Source: Eledone cirrhosa
Lineage: Eukaryota
Reading direction: 5' to 3'
DNA: 64,000 nt
Assembly (NCBI GenBank): GCA_964016885.1
Contig: OZ024741.1
Location: forward strand, 41,292,001 to 41,356,000
Part shown: piece by piece, positions 12,296 to 24,776 of the stretch
Position numbering within the stretch: the first letter of the stretch is position 1
Layout of the letters: each line of letters opens with the position of its first letter
Notes under the pieces: model-generated
The model's input: only the letters and a program-made list of their open reading frames with translations
The model's database searches: none
What the model was told of the DNA's origin: nothing
Made by a program: the position numbers and the translations under genes

Positions 12296-13689
12296 TAATA
12301 ATATTGTAAATAAGAGGATCAGTAGAGAAATGAGCAAAATACTTTGCAGCGTTTAGTTAGGTCCCTTTATGTACCCAGTTTATATCAGTTTTACATTCAC
12401 TCCCTTCACATACGAAAAAGGGCTGGATAAGACATTCTGAGGCAATCTTCTATGACCAGATGCCCTTCCTGATACTAAATCACAATTGTTTTTGTACATA
12501 TCTTTGCACATCTAACCAGTGAGTAGTGGGATCTCTGTTTATGCAGAACATAAACAAATAATGGTTTCTGGTTTAGGCACAAGGCCAACAATTTGGGGTT
12601 GAGGGGAAAGTCGGTTAAAATCTACCCCCCTGCATTACTGGTACTTTATTTTATCAAGCCCATAAGGATTAAAGGCAAAGCTAACCTCAGATCATAAAGA
12701 GCTGTAACTCTATGCTGCAAAGCATATTTCCCAATGCTCTAGCAAAACTGCCAATCCACTACCCTCAAAACATAAACAAATAATAAGAAAAAAATGTAAA
12801 TAAATATGATTGGTTGACTTACAAAGCATTGGAAAATTTGAAAATATGTTGGCACAATGCAAATAACTAAAATAATAGTTGAATAAATTAAGCAAAATAC
12901 TCTTACAGGGTATCTCTGTTAACTTTTTTTCTCCATCTCCAGTTCAGGGTGTTTTACCTGATTTATTTAACTATTATTATAGTTGTTAGGGCCCTTGCCA
13001 TTCTGAGTTCAAATCCCGCCGAGGTTAACTTTGCCTTTCCTCCTTACGAGGTCGATAAAATAAAGTACCAGTAATACACTGAGTAATTGCTGGCCTTGTG
13101 CCAACAGTAGAAACAATTATAGTTATTTGCATTGACAACTATATTTTGAAATTAAAGGGTTCACCTGAAGCTGAACAACATTCTAGCAACAATTTATTTT
13201 TTTAATTGATAAAACTACATAAGTTCTAATTTGTTTTTGCACACATTTAGCTGTGTGTGTGTGTGTGTGTGGGGGGGTTCTTAATTTTAATTTAATTTTT
13301 ATTATAGGTGCTCCAGGGAAAGAGAATCACAGTGACTTCTATAGATTTAGTACATTTCCTGATAGAAAGAGATTAAGAATAAATGAGGGAAATATATTCT
13401 GGTTTATTTTGCATGTGAAAATATTGAGGGGGGAGAATGAAAGAGGAAACAAGAGAAGGAAGGAAACAGTGAGCTAAGGAAGGAATAGAGAGGGAGCTAA
13501 AGAAGGAATAGAGAGGGAACTAAGGAAGGGATAGAGAGGGAAGGAGAGTCACAATGAGGGAGTGAGAGACAGGGATGAAGGGAAAGAGCTATGTAGGAAA
13601 GGATAGATAGGTGGCTGAAAGGGGAAGGGGAAGAGAGAGAGATGAAGAAGGAAGTAAAGAAAGAGAGGAGGAAAGGAGAAGAGAAAGGA

Positions 13690-14005
13690 GAACAGGGAAA
13701 GAGGGAGGATTAGAGAGAGAGGGAAAGAGGGAGGATTGGAGAGAGAGAGGATTGGAGAGAGGGAGAGAGAGAGGATTGGAGAGAGGGAGAGATAGAGGAT
13801 TGGAGAGAGGGAAAGAGGGAGGATAGGAGAGAGGGAAAGAGGGAGGATTAGAGAGAGGGAAAGAGGAAGGATTGGAGAGAGGGAAAGAGGGAGGATTGGA
13901 GGGAGGGAAAGAGGGAGGATTGGAGAGAGGGAAAGAGGGAGGATTGGAGATAGGGAAAGTGGGAGGATTGGAGAGAGGGAAAGGGGGAGGATTGGAGAGA
14001 GGGAA
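13690..14005. repeat. 24-bp purine-rich minisatellite (GAGAGAGGGAAAGAGGGAGGATTG)n inside a larger GA-rich tract
   Basis: Direct reading of the tandem units. Confidence 0.9.
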
Positions 14006-14703
14006 AGGGGAAAAGAGGGACAGGGAAGGGGGAAGGATTGGAATAAAGAACAAGAAGAGCAGAAGGAAGGAAAACAGGGGCAAGGAGAGGGGGAGGAAAT
14101 GAGAAAAGAGAGAAAGACGGAGAGAAGGGAAGAAGAAAAGAGAGAGAGAAGGAGAGAATGGGAGAAGAAAAGAAAGAGAGAGGGGGAAAGAAAAAGATAT
14201 AAGCATATAACTTGACAAAATCAATTGAGAATAATGGAGTTCTCTAGGCAAAACAGTAGAAATATTTAACTGTATCCCTTGGAGTTTTGGTAGCCGAGTG
14301 TAAACATTGTTGGCAGAGAAACTGAGGAGAGAGAAATAGAAAGATGAAGATTCCCAAGTACTGGGTACTGAGGAGTTGCATTTGTAGGGGGAAACATTGT
14401 GTACACATAGCCACCCCAGAGTGTATGTGTGTCTGTGTGTGTGTGTGTATGTATGTCTGTGTGTGTGTGTATGTGTATGTATGTCCATGTGTGTGTATGC
14501 GACAGAGAGAAGGGGGTGTATGTGTGTGTGTGCGACAGAGAGAAGGGGGTGTATGTGTGTCTGTGAGGTGTGTTGGATAGAGAATGGATATGTGTATGTG
14601 AGAGAATTGGAGTGTATATGTGTGAGAGAGAGATAATGGGTGTGTGTGTATATGTGTGTATGTAAAAGGGAATGTGTGTGTGTATGAGAAAGAAAGGAGA
14701 GAA

Positions 14704-14734
<31 letters not shown>

Positions 14735-14819
14735 TAGAGAGAGATAGAAAGGAGTGAGAAAGAAAATTGTGAGAGAGGAAGTGAGAGAAGTGTTCATGAG
14801 AGAGTGTGTGTGTGTGTGT

Positions 14820-15025
14820 GAAAGAGAGAGAAGCGGGTGAAAGAGAGAGAAGCAGGAGAAAGAGAGAGAAGCGGAAGAAAGAGAGAGAAGCGGAAGAAAG
14901 AGAGAGAAGCGCAAGAAAGAGAGAGAAGCGGAAGAAAGAGAGAGAAGCGGAAGAAAGGGAGAGAAGCGCAAGAAAGAGAGAGAAGCGGAAGAAAGAGAGA
15001 GAAGCGGAAGAAAGAGAGAGAGAGA
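14820..15025. repeat. ~19-20-bp purine minisatellite (GAGAGAGAAGCGGAAGAAA)n
   Basis: Direct reading of the tandem units. Confidence 0.88.
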
Positions 15026-15446
15026 GAAGTTAGTGAGGGAGAGAGGGGAATAAGAGTGAGTGTGTGTGAGAGAGGAAGAAAGAGGAATGCGAGAGAGAGG
15101 GAGAAAGAGGCATGAGAGTGAGAGAGTTTTGTTTAGTTCAAAAGAAGCTATTACATATAATATACTTAGCTGAGACAATAGGAAGAATAACATTTAGCAC
15201 TGCAGGAAGTGTAAAGAAAATGTCAAGTAGTTAAGATTTTGAGCTGGTGAGATCTGACACCAGTCTATCTAGTAGAAACTAAGGAAGTAGTTACGAGAAA
15301 GATGCTTAGGAGCAGCAGTAAAGGTTGGGCAACGGTGGGGAGCGATTAACCCTTTTTTTTTTCACTCTGGATCAGAGATAAGATCACATTTCCCTTTGGA
15401 ACATGATGACCTGTACAGTAGTATTACTACTGTAACTTCCTCACAG

Positions 15447-16140
15447 TACATTCCATTAAGTGTTTGACATTCTTCCAGTAGTAACAATATAAGACATAAA
15501 GGACTTTTAAGTCACACCAAGGACACTGTAACCTCTCTAGTGATGTTGCAAGTAGAAAATACTCTTGGTAGATTCCATAAAGTTTTTATGTTGTTGATAT
15601 TCTAACAGTAACAATATAGAGAAGAGAGGACTTTTCAGTTACAACAAGGACATTGGAACCTTGCTACTGACGTTGCCACTAGAAAATACTCTTAGTACAC
15701 TCCATAAAGTGGTTGGCTTTTGGCCAGTAACGAACTAAAGTAGAGAGGGCTTTTCAGTCAAATCAAGGATACTGCAAACTCTCTAGTGATGGGCTATGAT
15801 AAAATGTACCCAGTGCACTCTACAAAAGAGTTGGAGTTAGGAAGAGCATTCAGCTATAGAAACCATGACAAATAAGAGTAGAGGAGATTCTTCAGGCACA
15901 TAAAGGATATGATAACCTCTTTAGTTCTGGTGCCAAAATAAAATGCACCCAGTATACCATGAAAAGTGGTTAGAATCAGGACAGGCATCCAACCATAGAA
16001 ACCTTACCACAAAAGTAAAGAGAGCTCTTTGGCAAATACATGATATCCTTTCTATGGCTGGTACCACAATAGAATGTACCTAATACACTCTGTAAAGTGG
16101 CTGGTGTTAGAAAGGACACCTGGTTGTAGAAATCATCCCA
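15447..16140 (+). repeat. Degenerate ~120-140-bp tandem array derived from SINE/RTE 3'-UTR sequence
   Basis: 5-6 units each beginning GTACACTC..AAAGTGGTTGG-like and ending AAAAT(A/G)..C(C/T)CA-like. Right-hand units resemble CACTGTAAA..GGTTGGTGTTAGGAAGGGCATCCAGCTGTAGAAA. Confidence 0.7.
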
Positions 16141-16389
16141 AGAGAACAGTAACTCCAATTAAGTATTGATTTTCTCTGCAACAACTTATCTAACATATCA
16201 GCTAGGAAAATCAGCCTGATGATGATATCATCCTATCTGAGATTGTCCGTAGTTCTTTAATACAAGCTTGTTTTCATATTTAAATTAAAAGCTTCCATCA
16301 CAAATGTATGTAACACTAGCTTAGTAATGAAATAGCTATTTTACTAAATATGAGATTCTTCATTATTTTATTAGAAATAAAAGGGTGGT

Positions 16390-16575
16390 GGATTGGCAGT
16401 ATCGGTAGAGGGTCAGACGCCATGCTTTGCAGAACAGTTACGTCCCTTTACGGATTAAGCTCAAATCCTGCCAAGGTTAACTTTGCCTTTCATCCTTATG
16501 GGGTCGATAAAATAAAGTACCAATAATGTACTGGGTATTTGCAGGCCTTGTGCCAAAAGTAGAAACAATTATTTT
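16390..16575 (+). mobile_element. SINE family 2, near full-length
   Basis: GGATTGGCAGTATCGGTAGAG...TCAAATCCTGCCAAGGTTAACTTTGCCTTTCATCCTTATGGGGTCGATAAAATAAAGTACC...GGCCTTGTGCCAAAAGTAGAAAC. Confidence 0.85.
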
Positions 16576-16892
16576 ATTAGAAATATGGTAACAAAAAGGT
16601 AAAGCAAATACTTTATCTAAAGACAGTGGCATAGAAACGAGGCTGTAAAATGTCCTTTGGTCTGATACGCCTGTAAAATAAACCTTTTGTTACTATATTT
16701 CTAATGAAATGACACTGCCTATAATTTTCAAATGATTTTGAAAATAATCAAGAATTTACAGAGATTTAGTGTTAGGTCATTAGGTGTGAAATGTCCGATT
16801 TCCTTATGCACCTTCAATTTGAAACCTGATATTTCATAATGACCTGATAAAATAACTAACATTCTCATTATTAAACTGATATTTAGGGCGAT

Positions 16893-17105
16893 GGATTGGC
16901 AGAATTGATAGAGCATTGAACACCATGCTTTGTGGCATAGTTATGTCCCTTTAAGTACCAAGTTCAAATCCTGCCGAGGTTAGCTTTACCTTTCTTCCTT
17001 ATGGGGGTCAATAAAATAAAGTACTAGTAATGTATTGGGGTCGATTTAATCGATGCTCCCCTCCCTCCAAATTGCTGGCCTTGTGCCTAAATCAGAAATC
17101 ATTAT
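16893..17105 (+). mobile_element. SINE family 2
   Basis: Same head, core and tail motifs as 16390-16575. Confidence 0.8.
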
Positions 17106-17718
17106 TAAACGGATATTTAGAACATAACTTAAAGGGTCATATATAAATCTATGGTGGAAGGTTTTTAAAAACATATAAACATTTCAAAATGAACAATTTT
17201 TTTATTGTGAAACAAAGGGGCTATTTTAATCAATTTTATATGTAAAGGGTTAAGGTGGGGTCTACCAAAAACATCTTTGTTTCAGGGCACTGTGGACCCT
17301 GGCTACAACACTGTCTAAAGATACAAAGTTACATCTCGTGAAGAATTACAGATTTAGAAACTTAATGCTAAGATTTCCAAACCTTTATTCATGTAAGCCA
17401 TTGCATCTAGGGATATTTCTTGCTTTTCATATCACATTTGTAGAAGTAGTCGGAATTAGAAAGAGTATCCAGCTGTAGAGACCATGCCAAAATTGAAATG
17501 TTGTAAAACATGGCTCCTGGCTGGTCTATGAGGACAATAGCGCTAAGTAAGTACTGAGCTGGTTTGTAACAGCCTGTTCAACTTATGCAAACATAAAAAA
17601 CAGGTGTAAAATGATAATGAAGATACTAACTCCTCTATGAGTGTCCCTAGTTCTATGTTAGAAAACCTCTCATTTCCTGATGGTGATGACAGGAATTCTG
17701 AATGGTTTCTATAGTAGT

Positions 17719-18040
17719 GAAGGCATGTGGCTTTGTGGTTAGGGTATTTGGCTCACAATCATAAGTTCATGAGTTCGATTCCTGGCAGTGCATTGAGCAA
17801 GACACTTTATTTCATGTTGCTCCAGTCCACTCAGCTGGCAAAAATGAGTTGTGCCTGTAATGTGAATGGCCCAGCCTTGTCACACATTCTGTATCACGCT
17901 GAATCTCCCTGATAACTATGTTAAGGGTACACATGTCTGGGTAATGCTCAGCCACTTGCATGTTAATTTCATGAGCAGATTGTTCCGTAGATTGTATCAA
18001 CTGGAACACTTGTCATCGTAACCGATGAAGTGCCAGTAAC
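17719..18040 (+). mobile_element. tRNA-headed SINE family 3 (older, CORE-like middle)
   Basis: TGGCTTTGTGGTTAGG...GAGTTCGATTCC...TTGAGCAAGACACTTTATTTCATGTTGCTCCAG. The 3' body TCACGCTGAATCTCCCTG..GTTAAGGGTACAC recurs at ~22060-22210 (+), ~43815-43990 (-) and ~25500-25650 (-). Confidence 0.75.
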
Positions 18041-18086
18041 ATTATCTATAGTAAAACTTGTCAATCCACAAACTTTGTAGTTTGTG

Positions 18087-18275
18087 GGATTGGCAGTATT
18101 GGTAGAGGGTCAGATGCCATACTTTGCAGCATAGAGTCACATCCCTTTACGTTCTGGGTTCAAATCCCGCTGAGGTTAACTTTGCCTTTCCTCCTCACGG
18201 GGTCGATAAAATAAAGTACCAGTAATGCACTGCTGGGATAATTGCTGGCCTTGTGCCAAAAGTAGAAACAATTAT
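18087..18275 (+). mobile_element. SINE family 2, near full-length
   Basis: A box TGGCAGTATTGG, B box GGTTCAAATCCC, plus the core and tail motifs. Confidence 0.85.
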
Positions 18276-18811
18276 CTATAGTAAAACTAGAGCAGGCTGA
18301 CTAGAGAAGAACTGAAAAACACATGGATAGGTAGATATACTGTATTATGGTGAGCCTGCTGTAAAGCTACCAACACCAATGGGATTGTCCACATATCTGT
18401 GATAGCTGTCGAGCGCAGGCAGTGTAAAATCTACTTACAGACATAGTTCATTACAGATACCATATACATAAATGGAAGAAAATGACTAGTGATACCAAAC
18501 AAGACCAAAGAAATATTACACTTAATGAAAAAGTTTAAGTCTGGTGAAGGTGTTTAATATAGAATCCATTTGCCATTTTACGATTTGCAGTTTACTGCAT
18601 TACTTTCTCCAAGGCGGCAGATAATTCCAAGATCAGATGTTCCTATGAAGTTCTAATATTTAAGTAAAATGAACTGGTTCTTAAAGATGAATTTATATCT
18701 AATGAGAGAGGGGAATATAGAAAAATCAATAGAATAATAATAATTGTTTCTACCTTTGGCACAAGGCCAGCAATTACCAGTACATTACTGGTACTTTATT
18801 TTATCGACCCC

Positions 18812-18845
<34 letters not shown>

Positions 18846-19209
18846 GGACGAGGTGCTAGATCTTCATTACATTTATTGAGGTGTGACACACATTTCACTA
18901 TTGATCAGCTCAAGGCTCGATCTGTATCGATCAGGTCCAACTCTGGAATCAAAAGTTTGTCAGACTTCTGTTATAGTAATCCCTAAACTATATATATATA
19001 TATATGTGAAAAAACCCACAGACCCTTCATCTCAATTTTACTTTTGAAAAGCAGAGGAACTGTAAAACCGGTAAAGGAACCAAATAAATATATATTTAAA
19101 AAAAAAAAAGACTCCAGTTGCATTTTCGATTTCATCTTTTTTCCTTATATATATATATATATCCTCTACATAGAGATAATATTAGAGCAATACATATAAT
19201 TCTTAGGTT

Positions 19210-19560
19210 ATTACAGACCAAGTCAATACTTAATTGGTGCTACTGTCCACCTAGATGAGATGGGTAATGACATTCCATTTTAGCATGACTTTTCTCTATT
19301 CTCTGCATCCCTCGTCATAAATACCCTGGCTTTCCTTTCCTCCTCAGTCATCATCAGTTGTGCCCTTTTAAGGTCTTCTACTTTTCTTTACTTCTTTCCA
19401 CATTCAATCTCATATTGCTGCTCTCACCCAGTCACTTTCCTCCTTCCTCATCACATGACCTAACCATCTCATTCCCTGACTCTCATTTTCTCTTCCATCA
19501 ATAAAGTGCTGGTGCTGTGCTGAACTGGAAGCTAGCTTGAAATTGACCCAAAATATGAAT
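19210..19560 (-). mobile_element. Old RTE-like LINE 3' fragment
   Basis: Minus-strand translation contains MRWLGHVMRKEESDWVRAA, the RTE C-terminal LRWxGHVxR motif. Confidence 0.6.
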
Positions 19561-20284
19561 GACACTAAATCATCTATTTGAACAAAAAAAAAAGAAAAAG
19601 AGAGAATTATGGGAAACAGAACCATCTTCAGATGATGTGGCCATATCTTTATCCCTAACACACACACACATGTGCACACACACACACACATATGTGCACA
19701 CACACACACACACATACATGCACACACACACATGTATACATCTTGGTTGCAATCACCAGGCAATATTAGACACACATCAACCCACAGATTAGAAGATGTA
19801 TGAAATAGAAAGTAGTGACAAATATAATTATCTTTAATGGTTATTAATATATTTTTTTCTGTTTGGTTGCTCTCCTCAAACTCCTCCCCCCTTCCCCTTC
19901 TCTTCTGTATGTCTGTCTGTCTGTCTTACTCTCCCAACAGAGTCTGTGTGTTCTTGACCAAGGCAGAGGAAGTGGGGAAAGAATCATAGCCTTACACAAG
20001 CAACCAATAATATAAATTGATCTATCAGAGCAAGAGAGAACACTATGATACAACAAACAATCAGCTTATCTTATGCCGCTACCAGCAACACCACCACTAC
20101 CAACATCAACCCATCAAAACCATCATGACCTACCAACAGTCCTTTCAACTGATAATATTTCCAGTTCTCCCCAAAAGCTAACACCATCGCCACCAACTCC
20201 AACACTTCAAAAAAATACTTGATGAATACTTTATCAATATTAAATCAATTTCAAAAGCCTAAATAGAGTAACACACATACAAAC

Positions 20285-20488
20285 ACAATATATATATGTG
20301 TATGTGCATATAATATATATATATGTGTGTGTTGTGTGTGTGTGTATATAGATATATATATATATGATATATGTATATGTGTGTTGTGTATATATATGTA
20401 TATATGCATATGTATATATATGTATGCATGCATATGTACGTATATATATATATATATGTATGCATGCATATGTATATATATATATATA

Positions 20489-20527
<39 letters not shown>

Positions 20528-20920
20528 GTGTGTGTGTGCATTATATATATATATATACATATGTGTGTGTGTGCATTATATATATATATATATGTGTGTG
20601 TGCATTATATATATATGTATGCATTATATATATATATATATGTATGCATTATATATATATATATATATGTATGCATTATATATATATATATGTATGCATT
20701 ATATATATATATATGTATGCATTATATATATATGTATGCATTATATATATATATATGTATGCATTATATATATATATATATGTATGCATTATATATATAT
20801 ATATGTAAGCATTATATATGTATATATGTATGCATTATATATATATATATATATAAATACATATATATATATATACATACTCATATATATATATATACAT
20901 ACTCACACATATATATATAT
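20285..20920. repeat. Compound (TA)n/(TG)n microsatellite with periodic TGTATGCAT interruptions
   Basis: Direct reading. Confidence 0.9.
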
Positions 20921-21023
20921 GTAAAGAACCAGAACATTTTAGTTCTAGCACAGTGATTAATTGGAATAGATCCAAAACCATAACTTTTATTTATTTTCTC
21001 CTCCACCCTCTACAAAAATAGTC

Positions 21024-21057
<34 letters not shown>

Positions 21058-21744
21058 CAATAACAACAAAATAACAACATCATCAGCAATAACATCAGAG
21101 AATTTAGTGGTAAAAGAACGGAGATAACACGAGAGGAGACCAGCCAAAAGAAGATAGCAAACAAATTAAAAAAAATATGGAAAAAAAATAACCCTTAAAA
21201 AGAATACATCTTTTTTTTTTCAAACAAGTTTTAATTTGTTTAACCCTCCGCACAACACACAACTTATTTCTACACCATTGGTCTGTTTCAGTCAGATACA
21301 ACATTCTGTAGTATCAACTAAACTAGATTATTCTACTTAAATCTTGTATTTCCTATTTCAATATGTTTATTCTTTTTTTAATTTCTTTGAAATATTCGTT
21401 GCTCCATTAAATCTGGAAAAATAATTGTGTAGAAGAGGGTCTCATTTCTTTGTTGGTTTTGAAATTCCATCAAGGTTTAGCCATGTGCTATCAATCTTTC
21501 CACAATTAGATGTAGCAGTGTGATTATGATATCGTGTGTGTGTGGGTATATTTGTGTGTGTGGGTATATTTGTGTGTGGGGGCATATTTGTATGTGTGGG
21601 TATATTTGTGTCTGTATAAAATTGCATGGCTTGCTTAATGATTAAATTGTTTGGTTCACAACCATAAAGTCATGAGTACATTTCCTGAAGTGTGTTGTGC
21701 CCTTCTGCAAGACACTTTATTTCATGTTGTTCCAATCAACTCTC

Positions 21745-22050
21745 CTTCTTCTTCTTCACTCACTTATTCCAGAGAGGGTTGAGGGGGCAGAGTCCTCAAA
21801 CACTCCTTCCAGTGTGTCATATCAGAATCAACCGTCTCCAACTCATCTCTCATCTGGCTGGATCTCCAAGCATGACCAACCAAGTTCATGGATGTTATCC
21901 AACCATCTTGCTCAGGGTCTACCCCTGGGTTTCCTATCGGCTGGTTTTGTCTGTAAAACTATCTATCAATTCTTCTCCTTAGACATTCTAACAACATGTC
22001 CATAGTATCGGAGCTGTGATCTCTCAATTTGGAGAAGTAGCAGCAACATT
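21745..22050 (-). mobile_element. RTE-like LINE family C 3' fragment with (GAA)n tail, inserted into a SINE-3 copy
   Basis: Reverse complement matches 29307-29516 and 42580-42765 (CCCAGGGGTAGACCC..AGCAAGATGGTTGGATAACATC, i.e. PRGRP..RWLDNI). The SINE-3 head lies at ~21625-21745 and its body resumes at ~22055. Confidence 0.72.
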
Positions 22051-22959
22051 TGATAATTCAAAGGCCCACACTTGTCACACACACACAGTATCATGCTGAA
22101 TTTCCTTGAGAACTACATTAAGGGTACAGTTGTCTGTAGAATGCTCGGCCACTTGCATGCTAAATTCATGAGTAGACTGTTCCATTGGGCAAACAACTGG
22201 AACACTTCTTGTCAGAATCAACAGAGCTTCCAACAACAACAACATGTGAGAACTATTCCGCTGATTAAACTACTAGAGCATCAGTCGATACCTCCTCTAT
22301 ATCTCTTTCTCACTTTCTTTCTCTCTCTATCTTCTCTGGAAGAAATCTGCTGTATTCAGACCTGAAGAGGAGATGGGCTCTGCCAGGTTTTAAAATGCCC
22401 TAGAAACACTGTATGTCAATATGGCGTCCCTTACAGTTCCCTTGGGAGTTATGGGTCCATACATACTACATGACACTACATTAACATGATATTCTAGAAA
22501 AGTATAAAACAGAACTACGACTACATCACATTAACAATTAAAGGCTTTACTGCAATTGTTCACAAAGATCTGTCCACTAATAAAGGTGATATAAATATTT
22601 GAATTAACAAACAAGTTTTTAATATTTTCTGCTAAATCCTTAAAAGATGTTAAAAGTCAATGAAGCATTATTAAAAACATGCCTGTGGTATGCTCATGTC
22701 ATTAACTTTTTATTTACTAATTTTTATAATTCTTTCTATTTTCATCGACATTTCAAGACCTACACAGACTTTATCTTTCTGGGTGAAATGACTTCAATGG
22801 CAGTTGCTGTAGTTGTGGTTATGGTTTTTATTGTAGGCTGGAATCATGGGAATTATGTTGCTGTGTCTGTTTTTAATTTGTTATTATGGACCTTTAAATG
22901 CTTTTGTGACCTTTGTGGTCAGATTTCTTTCAGCATTGCTGAAATAATTTTGCTGTGGT

Positions 22960-23470
22960 GTCTGGTGTTTGTTGCTAAGCAGTGATCTCTGACAGGCTGT
23001 AGTGTCTGTTGTAATGTGTTGCTAGGCTGTGCAGCCTACTAAACTATAGTGTCTGTTGTTAGATTGTGGCTAGGCTATGCAGTCTACCAGGCTGAAATGT
23101 CTGTTGTTAGTTTATTGTGAAGCTGCAGTGTGGTGTCTAACAGGCTATTGTTGCTAAAGTGTCTGGCAGTTGTTAGAATGTGTTGTCTGACAGGCAATAT
23201 CTTCTAGGGTGTAGTGTCTGGCAGGCAATGGTTGTTTGGGTCTGGTGCCTGGTGGTCTATAGTTGCTAAGCTGTGGTGTCTGACAGGCTATAGTTGTTAG
23301 GATGTGGTGTCTGGCAAGCTATAGTTGCTAGGGTGTGGTGTCTGGTAAGTTACTGTTGCTAGGGTATGGTGTCTGGTAGGTTACTGTTGCTAGAGTGTGG
23401 TATCTGACAGGCTACAGTTGCTAGAGTGTGCTTTCTAGTAGGTCACTGTTGCTAGGATGTGCTGTCTGCT
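22960..23470. repeat. Degenerate 31-bp minisatellite (GTGTCTGGYARGYTAYWGTTGCTAGRGTGTG)n
   Basis: Direct reading of abutting units with no unique spacers. Confidence 0.8.
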
Positions 23471-24555
23471 AAGGCTGAGGTGTTTGTTGTTTGTTGCTAC
23501 AGTATGTTATTGCATGTTATCATATCCAGGACATGACTAACAAGCTCTCTCTGCTATACCAACCACTGTACAGAGTAGAGTGTACTGGCTGAATTAAAGC
23601 AACACATAGACAGAAAAAAATGCCTTAAATAAAATTCTTGTTAAAAATAACTAAATGTGAAGACTTAAATTTCTAATAAATAGATTCTAAAAAACAAAAA
23701 AAGAAGATTGTTATTAAAAATATAACAAGCAGAAGTCTATCAAGTTGCATTAGTGAAAACATCTTCAAGTGCACAATTCATCTAGGATAAAATAAAACAT
23801 AATATCCTTGACAAAGTGAAGTGCCTGATGCCTGACCAAAGAATGAAATATTGCAGTTCGGAGCACGTAATTTTACCACCAGAATAATAATAATATCAAA
23901 TTTCTATAAAAAAATATTTTAAAGAATATTGAAATGATTTGATATCATTTACAAAATATAGTCTCAAAATTTTACTCCCATTTTTATGTTTTATTTAATA
24001 ACGTTTTAAATTTCAAGATTTATGTACGAAAGAAAATTAATGAATGAGATGAAGAAAAGTCAATCTTTGAATGAAATGAATGAATAAATAAGAAACAAAC
24101 ACACACAAAAGTTTTTTTTTATATGTTTGTAATATAGCTGGAGCTGAAATGTATTTGATAGGAATAGTGAAATCCTAGAATTTAACCTTTCATCATCATC
24201 TTATCATCATCATCATACTTTTTTTCCTCATGCTGTCATGGATTGGACAATGCTTTTTGTCTTTGAAGCAGTTTATTCTATGGCCCATACAAGAAATATT
24301 ATGTGAGGGATATAAGCAAACATCATTGTTTGCTTTTAAATGATGTCAATATAAAATAATAATGAAATTATTGTGTACAGTGCTCAGGTGCACTACAACT
24401 CATCAAAGGTGCATGTATAGTACATAGAATAATGTACAAATGTCAGGAAAATGAACAGTGTATAAGTCATGATATACATGTGTGTGTGTGTGTGTGTATG
24501 GAGGGGGCACATCAGATGTAGTGTAAGTGAATCTCAGGAAGCATGGAGGTTTTAA

Positions 24556-24776
24556 CCCTTTAGCATTTAAACCGGCCATATCTGGCTAGAATTCTCTCAC
24601 CTCTTTCAGTTCAAACCAACTGTAACTAGCCACTAATTCTGATGTTAAGGTATTATTCTCAAAATAAATAACATCAAAATCTCGTATATTCAATATTATA
24701 TGAGGTAATTATGTAAGGTAAAGCCTTTACCACAAAAATACAATAGTATATATAGAGTAATGTAAATGCTAAAGGG
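24556..24776. mobile_element. piggyBac-type MITE
   Basis: TTAA|CCCTTTAGCATTTA ... TAAATGCTAAAGGG|TTAA: 14-bp perfect TIRs and TTAA target-site duplication. A second copy lies at 43161-43376. Confidence 0.88.

Noticed and set aside
13589-15193. 534-aa ORF
   Set aside because: It is open mainly because CT- and CA-rich low-complexity repeats lack stops; only a short internal segment might be an exon.
20240-20956. Many YI/CV/HT-rich ORFs here and throughout the window
   Set aside because: They are translations of (TA)n, (TG)n and (CA)n microsatellites.
22360-22420. CTGAAGA...GAAAC as another hammerhead
   Set aside because: Stem II does not close next to the boxes and stems I and III are unconvincing by eye; part of it matches a different repeat at ~48205.
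22960-23470. 31-bp repeats of CRISPR-like length
   Set aside because: Degenerate head-to-tail minisatellite without spacers.
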